DNA of 64,000 nt from Weeksellaceae bacterium (GTDB taxonomy: Bacteria; Bacteroidota; Bacteroidia; Flavobacteriales; Weeksellaceae), in contig JBLWWH010000004.1 in the NCBI GenBank assembly GCA_048268105.1, forward strand, positions 89,209 to 153,208, read 5' to 3'. Each line of letters begins with the position of its first letter. The stretch's first letter is position 1. Below, one piece after another: positions 49,015 to 59,334 of this stretch. The notes beneath the pieces are model-generated. The model had not been told where the DNA came from. It saw only the letters and a program-made list of their open reading frames with translations, and ran no database searches. Both the position numbers and the translations under genes were made by a program.

Positions 49015-49833
49015 TTATTCGGCATCCCTAATTTCTAATCTTCGTTTGAAAATAGGTGCTTTTTCTTTAAATAATCTCGCAAAACTCAGATAGTCTTCTT
49101 GCAGATAATAACTTTCATATTCACCGTTAGAATGATCATAAGTGTAAAGCAAAAATCCACGGATATCCGTCTCTGGTATACCCAAGACATCGACAAAATA
49201 ATTGTTTCCTAAATATTCCTGAACCTCTACCAATCGCTTTTCTAATTTCTCAAATTGGTTGAGGTTTTCCATTTTTCGATAATAACCAGTTATCGATTTA
49301 TAAAGAGCTTCTACATTTAAAGAAGTTGGAATAGGAATCGGTCCCAATTTGCCAAGAACTTCCTCTCTTCTTTCTTTTGGCTTCATGTCAAGTGTGCGAA
49401 TATCGATACCTAAATTCGCGTAGATTTTTTCCACATCATCTCGTAACCTTACAGATTTCATATCTTTCTTTAAATCTCCCGTCAATGGTGGTCGAGCAAT
49501 AACATCTTGTAAAGTAATTACCTCGTAATTCATATGAATAACCAAGGGTTTTAAATCAAAAGTAGATTCTCTTACCTTAAAGTTTCTGTCCACCAAAAAA
49601 GGTGCTTGGAAAAATAAGGTATCACCCACTTGTGCATGAACCTTGAACGAACCTGTTATGTCACTAACTGAGTATACTTTCGTACTTTTATTGGTAATTA
49701 CCACACCTTGTGGATAATCATCCTTAAAATCGACGACAATCATTCCATTCAAAGGTTTCTCTTGTGCTAGTACCTGAGCATTCATTAGACAAAAACTTGA
49801 TATGACGAGGTATTTAATAAATTTGTTCAACAT
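49015..49833 (-). CDS. Secreted hypothetical protein with N-terminal CarboxypepD_reg-like beta-sandwich
   Basis: The signal peptide is MLNKFIKYLVISSFCLMNAQVLAQ. The CarbopepD_reg-like motif is GMIVVDFKDDYPQGVVITNKSTKVYSVSDITGSFKVHAQVGDTLFF. Confidence 0.35.
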   Translation of the reverse strand: MLNKFIKYLVISSFCLMNAQVLAQEKPLNGMIVVDFKDDYPQGVVITNKSTKVYSVSDITGSFKVHAQVGDTLFFQAPFLVDRNFKVRESTFDLKPLVIHMNYEVITLQDVIARPPLTGDLKKDMKSVRLRDDVEKIYANLGIDIRTLDMKPKERREEVLGKLGPIPIPTSLNVEALYKSITGYYRKMENLNQFEKLEKRLVEVQEYLGNNYFVDVLGIPETDIRGFLLYTYDHSNGEYESYYLQEDYLSFARLFKEKAPIFKRRLEIRDAE

Positions 49834-49866
49834 TAACCGATTAACTTAAGTTCAAAATTACAATAT

Positions 49867-50931
49867 TTGCACATATTACTTATGAAGCGCAAAACTATCC
49901 TATTTATTTATTCCCAATGGCAATCCTTTGTTAGAGAGGATTACAATCTCTTATCTGACGAATTAAAAGTGAATAAGTTGCAATTTGAATTAAATAAATC
50001 TCTTTTTGCATTCATTAAAGGTCAAATCTGTGGGATTATGAGCTTGATAGCACAAGTTCCACGCCATGATGTGAGCTATATATGGTTTTGCGATTATCAT
50101 GCTTTTTGGTCCGTTTTAATCTCAAAAATATTCAAAAAGAAATCCATCATCATAGTTGGCGGCTTCGATGCGGTAAGAATACCCTCTATCGAATATGGAC
50201 TTTTTATGGATAGTGGCATTCGCGTGAAAATGGCGAAATGGGCTTATAGACACTGCGACCGAATTATTGCAGTAGACCAATCTTTAATAAAAGGTGAAAA
50301 TACTTATGCCGGAGAAGGAGCTATCACTGGGGTTGCACATTTTGTAAAACGAATAGAGAAGAAATCATGGGTGATTCCTACGGGCTATGATAATCAAAAA
50401 TGGAAAAGTAAAATTAAAAAAAAACAAGTGCTGACAGTTGCTTTGATTAAGGATAAAAAGGTTTTTTATAGAAAAGGAATCGATTTATATCTAAATGTAG
50501 CAAAGCAATTGCCAGAGGTTCCGTTCTTTTTGGTGGGATTACAGGATTTAAATTTAATTCCAGATGAACTACGTAATTTGCCTAACCTCACGATTTATCC
50601 AATTTTGCCACAAGAAGATTTAATAAATCTATATGCTGAGAGTTCGGTTTATGCTCAATTTTCGATGTCAGAAGGCCTGCCTAATGTGCTTTGCGAAGCT
50701 ATGTTGTCAGGTTGTGTTCCGGTGGGATCTTCTGTAAATGGAATACCCAATGCAATAGGAGATTGTGGCTTTATTTTACAAGAAAAGAATGTGGATAAAG
50801 CTGCAGAACTCGTTAAGGAAGCCCTTAAAGAAAGTGAATTCTTAACTATATGTGCAAAAAAGAGAATTCTCTTCGAATTTTATTATTTAGATCGTAAGGA
50901 ACGACTACTCAAAGTGATTCAGGAATTATAA
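49867..50931 (+). CDS. Glycosyltransferase, GT4 (group 1) family
   Basis: The C-terminal GT-B motif is ESSVYAQFSMSEGLPNVLCEAMLSGCVPVGS (the EX7E-like region). Confidence 0.72.
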   Translation: MHILLMKRKTILFIYSQWQSFVREDYNLLSDELKVNKLQFELNKSLFAFIKGQICGIMSLIAQVPRHDVSYIWFCDYHAFWSVLISKIFKKKSIIIVGGFDAVRIPSIEYGLFMDSGIRVKMAKWAYRHCDRIIAVDQSLIKGENTYAGEGAITGVAHFVKRIEKKSWVIPTGYDNQKWKSKIKKKQVLTVALIKDKKVFYRKGIDLYLNVAKQLPEVPFFLVGLQDLNLIPDELRNLPNLTIYPILPQEDLINLYAESSVYAQFSMSEGLPNVLCEAMLSGCVPVGSSVNGIPNAIGDCGFILQEKNVDKAAELVKEALKESEFLTICAKKRILFEFYYLDRKERLLKVIQEL

Positions 50932-50935
50932 AATT

Positions 50936-50979
50936 AAAAAAAGCGTAAAATTGGATAATCCAAGCTTACGCTTTTTTTT
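50936..50979. terminator. Bidirectional terminator (AAGCGTAA...TTACGCTT with nested TTGGAT/ATCCAA, flanked by A6/T8)
   Basis: It lies between convergent GT4 (+) and hemB (-). Confidence 0.55.
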
Positions 50980-50993
50980 GTGCTTAAATCTTT

Positions 50994-51989
<996 letters not shown>

Positions 51990-52123
51990 CTACAAAGATA
52001 CGGCATAAGCAAGCGTATATAAATGATTTATATCAAAAAAGCTTATGCTTCAATTAGCTTTTAATAAGTCTTTGAAGAAAAATTATAGTTTTGAAGCATG
52101 AATACAATAAAATGGTTTGATAT

Positions 52124-52516
52124 TTGAAATTAATGTTATACTTTTGTAAGGAACTGATGAAAAAATATTTCTACATATTATTCTTTATGATTTTCTCAAT
52201 CGGAATGGCAAATGTTCATTTACCGATGGAGAATATCGATTTGACTAAAGTTGCTGGAGTTGAGACAAAGGAAAAAGTTGTTCTTTATCCCAACCCAGCT
52301 ACAACTACCTCAGAGATTAAAGTGATTTCTGATAAAACAAGAATTGTAGAAGTTAGCGTTTATAGCCTTTTAGGAAATAAATTATTCGAAAAAGCTTACA
52401 GTGGTGATGATAAAACGATTCAATTGAATGTTCAGAACTACAAAAAAGGTAAGTATTTAGTTAAAATTATTTTCTCAGATGGAACTTCAGAAGTGAAGGC
52501 ATTGATAAAACAGTAA
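52124..52516 (+). CDS. Small secreted protein consisting mainly of a T9SS C-terminal sorting domain
   Basis: The pattern VVLYPNPATTTSEIKV...KGKYLVKIIFSDGTSEVKALIKQ is present. The probable real start is at the Met at ~52157 (MKKYFYILFF). Confidence 0.5.
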   Translation: MKLMLYFCKELMKKYFYILFFMIFSIGMANVHLPMENIDLTKVAGVETKEKVVLYPNPATTTSEIKVISDKTRIVEVSVYSLLGNKLFEKAYSGDDKTIQLNVQNYKKGKYLVKIIFSDGTSEVKALIKQ

Positions 52517-52537
52517 ATAACACAAATTTCATATATA

Positions 52538-52568
52538 AGACTCACGGCTTTCGTGGGTCTTTTTTTTT
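52538..52568 (+). terminator. Rho-independent terminator (AGACTCACG-GCTTT-CGTGGGTCT plus T10)
   Basis: It lies downstream of the 52124-52516 CDS. Confidence 0.6.
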
Positions 52569-52666
52569 GTTTTAAAGAAAATTACGGGATTAATACTTAT
52601 TCACAACTCGCTAAGCGAGTAAAACTTTTAAGAATATTCCTTACTTTAGCATTCTAACTTCATACT

Positions 52667-53734
52667 ATGCTAGCAAAGGATTTCATTGTTCAAAAATCTG
52701 AATTTGACTTAAATAAATCAGGAAAGGTAAGTGCCAAAAGCCCGTCTAATATTGCTTTGGTGAAATATTGGGGGAAAACAGATCCACAAATCCCGACCAA
52801 TCCATCGATTAGCTATACGCTAACGAATAGCTATACAGAAACTAATTTAATTTTTGAGCCTAAAAAAGCAAATGAATCAGAAATTAGAGTGTTTTTAGAT
52901 GAGGTAGAAAAGACGGATTTTGTTCCAAAAATCAAGAAGTTTTTTAAGCGTATTGCGGATTATGCTCCATATCTAGAAGAATTTGATTTTACTATTCAAA
53001 CACATAATTCTTTTCCTCATAGCAGTGGAATTGCATCCTCTGCTAGTGGCATGAGCGCTTTGGCTAAATGCTTGATTCAAATGGAGCAAATCATTGGAAT
53101 TAGCGCCGACAATCAGTTGCGACGAAGTTCATTTCTATCTAGATTAGGTTCTGGTAGTGCTTGTCGTTCGGTATATCCAGGATTAGTAACATGGGGAAAG
53201 TCTGAGTTTATTGTAGGAAGTTCTGATTTATATGCTATTCCGTTAGAAAGTGATATTCATCCGGTATTTAAAACTTTCAATGATACCATATTGCTAATTC
53301 ACGAAGGAACTAAATCTGTATCAAGTACAGTCGGTCATCAGTTAATGAATAATCATCCTTATGCTCAATTAAGGTTTGATGAGGCTAAACAAAATATCAA
53401 AAAATTATTAGATATTTTAAAAACTGGAGAATTGGAGGCATTTGGTCAATTAGTCGAGCACGAGGCCTTGTCATTACATGCTATGATGATGTTATCTGAC
53501 CCTGCATTTATTTTAATGAAACCTAATACGGTTGCAGCTTTAGATGAACTATGGGCATTTAGAAAAGAAACCGAACTACCATTGTTTTTTACCTTAGACG
53601 CTGGTGCTAATATTCATTTATTATATCCAGATGAAGGAAAAGACAAAATTGAAAATTTCATTCAGTCAGATTTATTAGCTCTATGTCAAAATGAAGGAAT
53701 TATCTATGATCGAGCAAATTTTGAAACCCTATGA
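52667..53734 (+). CDS. mvaD: Diphosphomevalonate decarboxylase (GHMP-kinase fold), mevalonate pathway
   Basis: The MVD N-terminal signature is PSNIALVKYWGK. The GHMP motif is PHSSGIASSASG. Confidence 0.75.
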   Translation: MLAKDFIVQKSEFDLNKSGKVSAKSPSNIALVKYWGKTDPQIPTNPSISYTLTNSYTETNLIFEPKKANESEIRVFLDEVEKTDFVPKIKKFFKRIADYAPYLEEFDFTIQTHNSFPHSSGIASSASGMSALAKCLIQMEQIIGISADNQLRRSSFLSRLGSGSACRSVYPGLVTWGKSEFIVGSSDLYAIPLESDIHPVFKTFNDTILLIHEGTKSVSSTVGHQLMNNHPYAQLRFDEAKQNIKKLLDILKTGELEAFGQLVEHEALSLHAMMMLSDPAFILMKPNTVAALDELWAFRKETELPLFFTLDAGANIHLLYPDEGKDKIENFIQSDLLALCQNEGIIYDRANFETL

Positions 53735-56406
53735 GAAGCTTTTTAACTGAAGTTGTAGAAGACTTGTTAGCACAAGAATTTGACTTTAAGCATACTACTT
53801 TAATCATTCCTGGAGTTCGTCCGAAAGCTTTTTTGCGAAAGACTTTTGTGGAATTAGGCTTTCAAGGGATGCTTCCTCAGATGATTACCATAGAGGAGCT
53901 TTTAGAGGAAGTAGCGGGCTTGAAGATGGTTTCTGGTGTGCCTCTTTGGTTTGCTGCCTATAATGCTTATCAGAACAACGTAGAAGACCCAAAAACTTTT
54001 GATGAATTCTTAAAATTCGCTCCTATATTATTAAAGGATTTTGACGATATCGATGCTTCATTATGTGACGATCGAGGACTTTTTGATAATTTAATATCAG
54101 AAGAAAGGATCAAAGTTTGGGGAAGTAGTATGGAAGTTGGTTTAAGCGATTTAATGAAAAATCATCTTGGATTTTGGACCGATGCTCGAGCAACATATTT
54201 TGGTTTAAGAAAAATACTTTTAGAGGAGGGAAAAGCTTATCGTGGTTTATTGGCCAAGAAAGCAAGTGAAGAGATTCAAAATTTTGTGGCTAAAGATAGT
54301 TCAGAAAAGTATGTTTATATAGGATTTAATGCGCTTACTCATGCCGAATTAAACATGCTTCAATATCTTATTGAGACCGAAAAGGCAATTTCGTATTGGG
54401 ATGCTGATGTTTACTATATGAACAATAAAGATCAGGAGGCAGGAGATTTCTTGAGAAAGTATCGCGCATTGTTTCCAGATAATTTCAAGTTTATACATTC
54501 AAATTTTGAAAAGGAAAAAGCACTCAGAATCGTGAATGTTCCAAAACAGGAAACACAGGCAAAATATATAGGATTTCATTTGCAAGAGCTAACAGAAGTG
54601 GAAAGAGAAAAAACAGCTATTGTTCTTGCGGATGAACAATTATTGCCGGCTGTTTTAAATGCGCTCCCAGAGAATACTCAAAAGCTGAATATTACGATGG
54701 GATTGCCTTTGCAGATGGTTCCGGTTTCGAGTTTTTTCAAAGAACTATTTCAATTGCATCTTACAAGAGAAAAGTTTGATAAAACAGGAGTTTATTATTA
54801 CAAAAACGTTCTTAATTTACTTCAACATTCAAATTTTAGAGGATTTTTTATGCCTCATTCAGAATCTTTATTAGAGCATTTGCACAAGCATAATTTAATT
54901 TTTGTTTCAATCTCTAAACTAAATGATATAAGTATCGAAAATTTATTTTATAAGATTTTTGATGCTCCGAATTCTGTTCAAGACTTATTGAGTAACATTA
55001 TTTCATGGATTAATTTAATCTACGAAAGCGGTGAGTTGCCTACGATGGATCAAGAATACCTATTTAGATTTCGAAGTATTTTTATGCAGCTAAACGATTT
55101 GGTTCAAGAGCATGATTTTATAGATAACTTTAAAGTCTTACATCAACTCTATCAACAGTTGTTAGTCTCGGAATCCGTTTCTTTTGTTGGTGAACCATTG
55201 GTTGGATTGCAATTACTAGGAATGCTAGAAACTCGTTTGCTAGATTTTGAACATATAATTCTTGCTTCGGTCAATGAGGGCACCCTTCCGTTAGGACGCC
55301 AAGAAAATTCGTTTATACCATTTGATTTTAGGGTAGAAGCTAAGTTGAATACTTTCTTAGATAATGATGCGATATATGCTTATCACTTCTATCGCTTGAT
55401 CCAGCGTTGTAAATCTGCTGTCTTTTTATATAATTCGGATAGTGAAGGCATGGGAACTGGAGAAGCAAGTAGGTTCCTACTTCAATTAAAATTAGAATCG
55501 CCACACGAAATAATAGAAGAAATAGCCACGCCCAGCTATAATAAGTCTCCAACGAGTCTATTAACTATTGAAAAAAGTGATCGAGTTCTTGAACAGTTAG
55601 ACAAATGGAAGGAAAAGATTTCTCCTTCATCTTTAGGGACTTATTTATACAATCCTATAGATTTCTATTCTCGACAAATCTTACGCGTACGAGAAGAAGA
55701 TGAGGTAGAAGAAGTGGCAGATGATAGAACCTTAGGTAATATAGTTCATAAAGTTTTAGAAAAATTATATTCAGAATATATTGATCAAATTTTAGATGAG
55801 CATCATTTCATACAAATTGAGAAAAAACGCGATATCGTTTTCCATCAAGTTGTAGAAGAGGAACTGTTGAAAGGCCACGAAGCCAGAGGAAAAAATATTA
55901 TTATACTTAAGGTAGCTCAAGAAATGATTTCTAATGTAATTAAGAAAGATAAATTACTTATTAGAGATAATGAATTAGTGATTAAAGAGCTTGAAAAGTC
56001 GCATAGCAGAGATTTTATAACGCCGAATAAAAATAAAGTTTCATTTTTTGGTTATATAGATAGAATCGATCAATTGAATGGTATTACTAGAATTCTGGAT
56101 TATAAATCAGGTTCGGTTAACCAAGCAGAATTAAGGAAAACACCAAATAATGTTGAGAATCTGTTGAAGGATTATACTGGGGCTAAGGCAATACAATTGG
56201 CTATGTATGCTTATATGATGGATTATAAACAAGCTAAAACCGGAATTTATCCGCTACGATACTTCTCAAAAGATATTCATTATCTAGAGTGGGAAAAGAA
56301 TGATTTATTAAGTGTGGATGACTTAGAGCCTATTTTAACACAAGTAGGTTATTTAATTGATGAAATTCTTAACCCTGAAATTCCTTTTCAAGAATTAGAA
56401 GCATAG
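53731..56406 (+). CDS. PD-(D/E)XK-nuclease-family protein (AddB-like inactivated-helicase plus C-terminal nuclease)
   Basis: It is 891 aa. The C-terminal motif is GYIDRIDQLNGITRILDYKSG (D...D...DYK). Its start overlaps the mvaD stop (ATGA). Confidence 0.55.
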   Translation: MRSFLTEVVEDLLAQEFDFKHTTLIIPGVRPKAFLRKTFVELGFQGMLPQMITIEELLEEVAGLKMVSGVPLWFAAYNAYQNNVEDPKTFDEFLKFAPILLKDFDDIDASLCDDRGLFDNLISEERIKVWGSSMEVGLSDLMKNHLGFWTDARATYFGLRKILLEEGKAYRGLLAKKASEEIQNFVAKDSSEKYVYIGFNALTHAELNMLQYLIETEKAISYWDADVYYMNNKDQEAGDFLRKYRALFPDNFKFIHSNFEKEKALRIVNVPKQETQAKYIGFHLQELTEVEREKTAIVLADEQLLPAVLNALPENTQKLNITMGLPLQMVPVSSFFKELFQLHLTREKFDKTGVYYYKNVLNLLQHSNFRGFFMPHSESLLEHLHKHNLIFVSISKLNDISIENLFYKIFDAPNSVQDLLSNIISWINLIYESGELPTMDQEYLFRFRSIFMQLNDLVQEHDFIDNFKVLHQLYQQLLVSESVSFVGEPLVGLQLLGMLETRLLDFEHIILASVNEGTLPLGRQENSFIPFDFRVEAKLNTFLDNDAIYAYHFYRLIQRCKSAVFLYNSDSEGMGTGEASRFLLQLKLESPHEIIEEIATPSYNKSPTSLLTIEKSDRVLEQLDKWKEKISPSSLGTYLYNPIDFYSRQILRVREEDEVEEVADDRTLGNIVHKVLEKLYSEYIDQILDEHHFIQIEKKRDIVFHQVVEEELLKGHEARGKNIIILKVAQEMISNVIKKDKLLIRDNELVIKELEKSHSRDFITPNKNKVSFFGYIDRIDQLNGITRILDYKSGSVNQAELRKTPNNVENLLKDYTGAKAIQLAMYAYMMDYKQAKTGIYPLRYFSKDIHYLEWEKNDLLSVDDLEPILTQVGYLIDEILNPEIPFQELEA

Positions 56407-56426
56407 TTTGCAAGATTTTATTATTC

Positions 56427-56460
56427 AAAAAAGCCGTCTCCTTGGAGACGGCTTTTCTTC
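56427..56460. terminator. Bidirectional terminator (A6-GCCGTCTCC-TTG-GGAGACGGC-T4)
   Basis: A perfect 10-bp stem lies between convergent genes. Confidence 0.65.
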
Positions 56461-56486
56461 TTTAACTCTACATTTTATCTATTGGA

Positions 56487-57917
56487 TTAGAACCTAAATC
56501 CTACCGATAAAGCAATATTTCCTTGTTGCTCGGTGATATCCTTTACGCTTTGTGCAAATCCACTTTCGCTAGCGTTCAATGACAATGCATTTAAAGCTTC
56601 TGTTTCTGTTAAACCAAGCGCATCAATTGAACCACCATGGTCGTAGAAATTACCTGCAATTAAATAATTTCGATCTCTTTCGTAGAAGCTATAGGCAACA
56701 TCTATATAGAAGCTATGAAATTCATAACCTAATCCTAATGAAAAACCAGAAAGGTCTCCAAAAGGTTGGTAAGTATTGCCATCTCCTAATAAGTCTACTT
56801 CCTCAAAGGGTGTTTGTTCATATCTATAACCACCTCTTAACCTAAAATCTTGTAATCTCATTTCGGCACCGACTTTAATTGTGCTAGTACCTTTCATATT
56901 ATTGGAGATAAAGGCATTTTCTGCTAAAAATGCATCAGTTGGTTTAAATTTTGCTGAACTATAATCCGTGTAGGTATAATCTGCACTAATTAAACCCTTG
57001 GTTCCTATGACAACTGCAGCAGAACCTGTGAACTTTTGAGCTGTCGTAAGATCATTTAAATATGCTAATGTTTCTCTATCTATATAATAATATTCTCCTT
57101 CATCATCAGTTGCACTAAACATGGCGTATTGTGTTGTTAACTCTTCGGTGTCCACATACCAAGTGGGCGATTGATAAGAAGCGCCTAACCTAATTTGATG
57201 ATTCAATTTTGCAATCACACCAAGGCTTGCAGAAATTCCAGATCCTAAACGGGCATTAGGAGTTCCATCTTTAATAAATCTATAATTATCCTCAAACTGA
57301 ACATCATCAACGCGCATGGCTTCAATATGGTCAGCATCGTAAGTATGGAAATTTAATCCTCCACCGAAATAGATGTTATTATTATAGTTTGCTGCTACAT
57401 TCAGGTTTGTAACGGTAGAATTACCAATTCTTTCAGAATAGTAATCCGTCATTTTATTTCCATTAGATGCAACCGTATTTGGCTTTAAATTAATAGCTTC
57501 ATTAACGGTGTTTTGCCTTTGAAAATTTAAACCAACAGCAATGTTCTTCCAGTTATGACTTTGTAAATCATCAAATACTAAAACAGCCCCCGCTTGATCA
57601 AAATTGATTTTAGAATCACTAAACTCCGATCCATTGTTTGAGTTCAATTTGGTTTTTGCCATATTCACTCCAGCAGTAAGCGCGCCTTCTGATTGTAAGA
57701 AAACTGCCGCACCTGCAGGGTTTATGTTGGTAGCAGATAAATCTCCACCCAAAGCACCCATGGCACCACTCATTCCTTGAAATCTAGCCGTTCCGCCTAA
57801 TACCGAACCATTGTTATATTGATGTAGCTCTTCTGGATATTGGGTTACCAAATTCTCCTGTGCAAAGGAGAATGTTGATAAACCAACTATAAAGCTTAAA
57901 ATTATATTTTTCTTCAT
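56487..57917 (-). CDS. Outer-membrane beta-barrel protein, FadL/OmpP1/TodX-like (PorV-like fold class)
   Basis: The signal peptide is MKKNIILSFIVGLSTFSFAQ. The N-terminal FadL-like pattern is GGTARFQGMSGAMGALGGDLSATNINPAGAA. It has alternating amphipathic strands and a C-terminal aromatic (VGFRF). Confidence 0.5.
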   Translation of the reverse strand: MKKNIILSFIVGLSTFSFAQENLVTQYPEELHQYNNGSVLGGTARFQGMSGAMGALGGDLSATNINPAGAAVFLQSEGALTAGVNMAKTKLNSNNGSEFSDSKINFDQAGAVLVFDDLQSHNWKNIAVGLNFQRQNTVNEAINLKPNTVASNGNKMTDYYSERIGNSTVTNLNVAANYNNNIYFGGGLNFHTYDADHIEAMRVDDVQFEDNYRFIKDGTPNARLGSGISASLGVIAKLNHQIRLGASYQSPTWYVDTEELTTQYAMFSATDDEGEYYYIDRETLAYLNDLTTAQKFTGSAAVVIGTKGLISADYTYTDYSSAKFKPTDAFLAENAFISNNMKGTSTIKVGAEMRLQDFRLRGGYRYEQTPFEEVDLLGDGNTYQPFGDLSGFSLGLGYEFHSFYIDVAYSFYERDRNYLIAGNFYDHGGSIDALGLTETEALNALSLNASESGFAQSVKDITEQQGNIALSVGFRF

Positions 57918-57954
57918 GATATTTTACTAAATGATAGTTTTATTCCTACTTTAT

Positions 57955-59202
57955 TTATCTTCTTCTTCCACCTGAAGTTCTCGCTGGTGGCGATGTTCTC
58001 ATAGGAGGAGTACTACGTATAGATGGCGTATTGCTTCTCGTTGGCGTACTGTTATAATTTCTATTTCTCGTAGGAGGTGTACTAGGTGTAGCATTTGGAG
58101 TCCTAGTTGGAACATTATTATTATAATCAGTACCTCTAGTTGGCCTAGGAGTACTTCTCACATCATTCTGACGAGTAGGTGTTGTAGTTCTAATACTAGG
58201 ATTTACTCTGTTATTAGTTCGTACACCGCTATTCGTATTTACCTCTTCGGTAGTTCTAGGTCTAATTCTAACCGGATTTGAATTTATATCACTTGAAACA
58301 TTCTGATTTCTAGAATTTCTAGTTGGCGTTGTTCTAATTTGATTATCATCTACAGTACTTGTAGCTCTAGTTCTAGTAGGAGAGTTAGGTGCTAAAGAGG
58401 CATTATCTCTTGTTACCCCAGAATTAGTTCTATTTACATTTCTCTTTCCAGCAACATTATCTCTCGTGATTCCGTTTTGAATTCCTTTACCTCTATAAAT
58501 TTCTCTCATTACTCTATCGCCATAGTAGTTGTTGTAATATGGACTTCCATAATATCCTGAATAATATGGGTGACCATAATAACCATAGCTACCGTAGTAG
58601 TAAGGTCCATAATATGGATGGAAAGGACCATAGAATCCGCTATATCCATATCCATAACCAAAGTGAGGATATCCGAAACCATAGTAACTAGAATAGAAAG
58701 GACTATACCCCCAAGAATTCCAGCCAAAGTTCAATCCAAAACCTCTGTAAGGTCCGTACCAACTTCCGTAAAATCTGCGGTTCCAGTTATAAGTGTTAGG
58801 TCCGTAGTAGTTATTAACGTGAATTTCTACACCTTGATAGTCTCCCCAATCATTATAATTTCCATTGCTATCGTTAGTAACAATTACCCTATCGTCATTA
58901 TATGATTTAGATTCTTGTGTAGTTTGAGATGTTTCTGGTGCGTTTCCGCCCTCATCGAAATATCTTCCGCCCATTCGAATAGGCTGTTCTTCTTGATAAG
59001 TGTAAACCTCATCGTTTTGTTGATATTCTCTATCTTCTACTGCAACTTGTTGAGTTGGCTGAGAAGATGGATCATAATATATTCCGTCGTTTTCTCCAAC
59101 TGTTTGTTGAGAAACCGAGCATGATGTTACTCCAAATAAAATCATTCCAACGGGAAGGATTTTTTTAAAGATTTGGTCGTAGTTGTATTTTATTGGTTTC
59201 AT
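57955..59202 (-). CDS. Lipoprotein with extreme low-complexity regions: Tyr/Gly/Pro/Phe-rich block followed by a Thr/Pro/Arg/Asn/Ser-rich basic tail
   Basis: The lipobox is LFGVTSC. Residues ~140-235 read like YYGFGYPHFGYGYGYSGFYGPFHPYYGPYYYGSYGYYGHPYYSGYY. The tail has repeated TPTR / RTTP / STPP units and ends in SGGRRR. Confidence 0.45.
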   Translation of the reverse strand: MKPIKYNYDQIFKKILPVGMILFGVTSCSVSQQTVGENDGIYYDPSSQPTQQVAVEDREYQQNDEVYTYQEEQPIRMGGRYFDEGGNAPETSQTTQESKSYNDDRVIVTNDSNGNYNDWGDYQGVEIHVNNYYGPNTYNWNRRFYGSWYGPYRGFGLNFGWNSWGYSPFYSSYYGFGYPHFGYGYGYSGFYGPFHPYYGPYYYGSYGYYGHPYYSGYYGSPYYNNYYGDRVMREIYRGKGIQNGITRDNVAGKRNVNRTNSGVTRDNASLAPNSPTRTRATSTVDDNQIRTTPTRNSRNQNVSSDINSNPVRIRPRTTEEVNTNSGVRTNNRVNPSIRTTTPTRQNDVRSTPRPTRGTDYNNNVPTRTPNATPSTPPTRNRNYNSTPTRSNTPSIRSTPPMRTSPPARTSGGRRR

Positions 59203-59334
59203 CTTGTAGAATTATTGCATGTAAAGTTAGTAATTTAATTAAATTTGCATATAGTTGCAAACTGTTTATAATAAAACAAAAGTAGTGCCATGATATGTTA
59301 AGGCAGGTACTACTAAAGAGATTAAAGAATATTT

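Noticed and set aside
58509-59124. Plus-strand ORFs (72, 111 and 69 aa) opposite the Y/G-rich lipoprotein gene
   Set aside because: They are generated by low-complexity repeats on the coding strand. Their translations are nonsensical Ile/Val/Ser strings.
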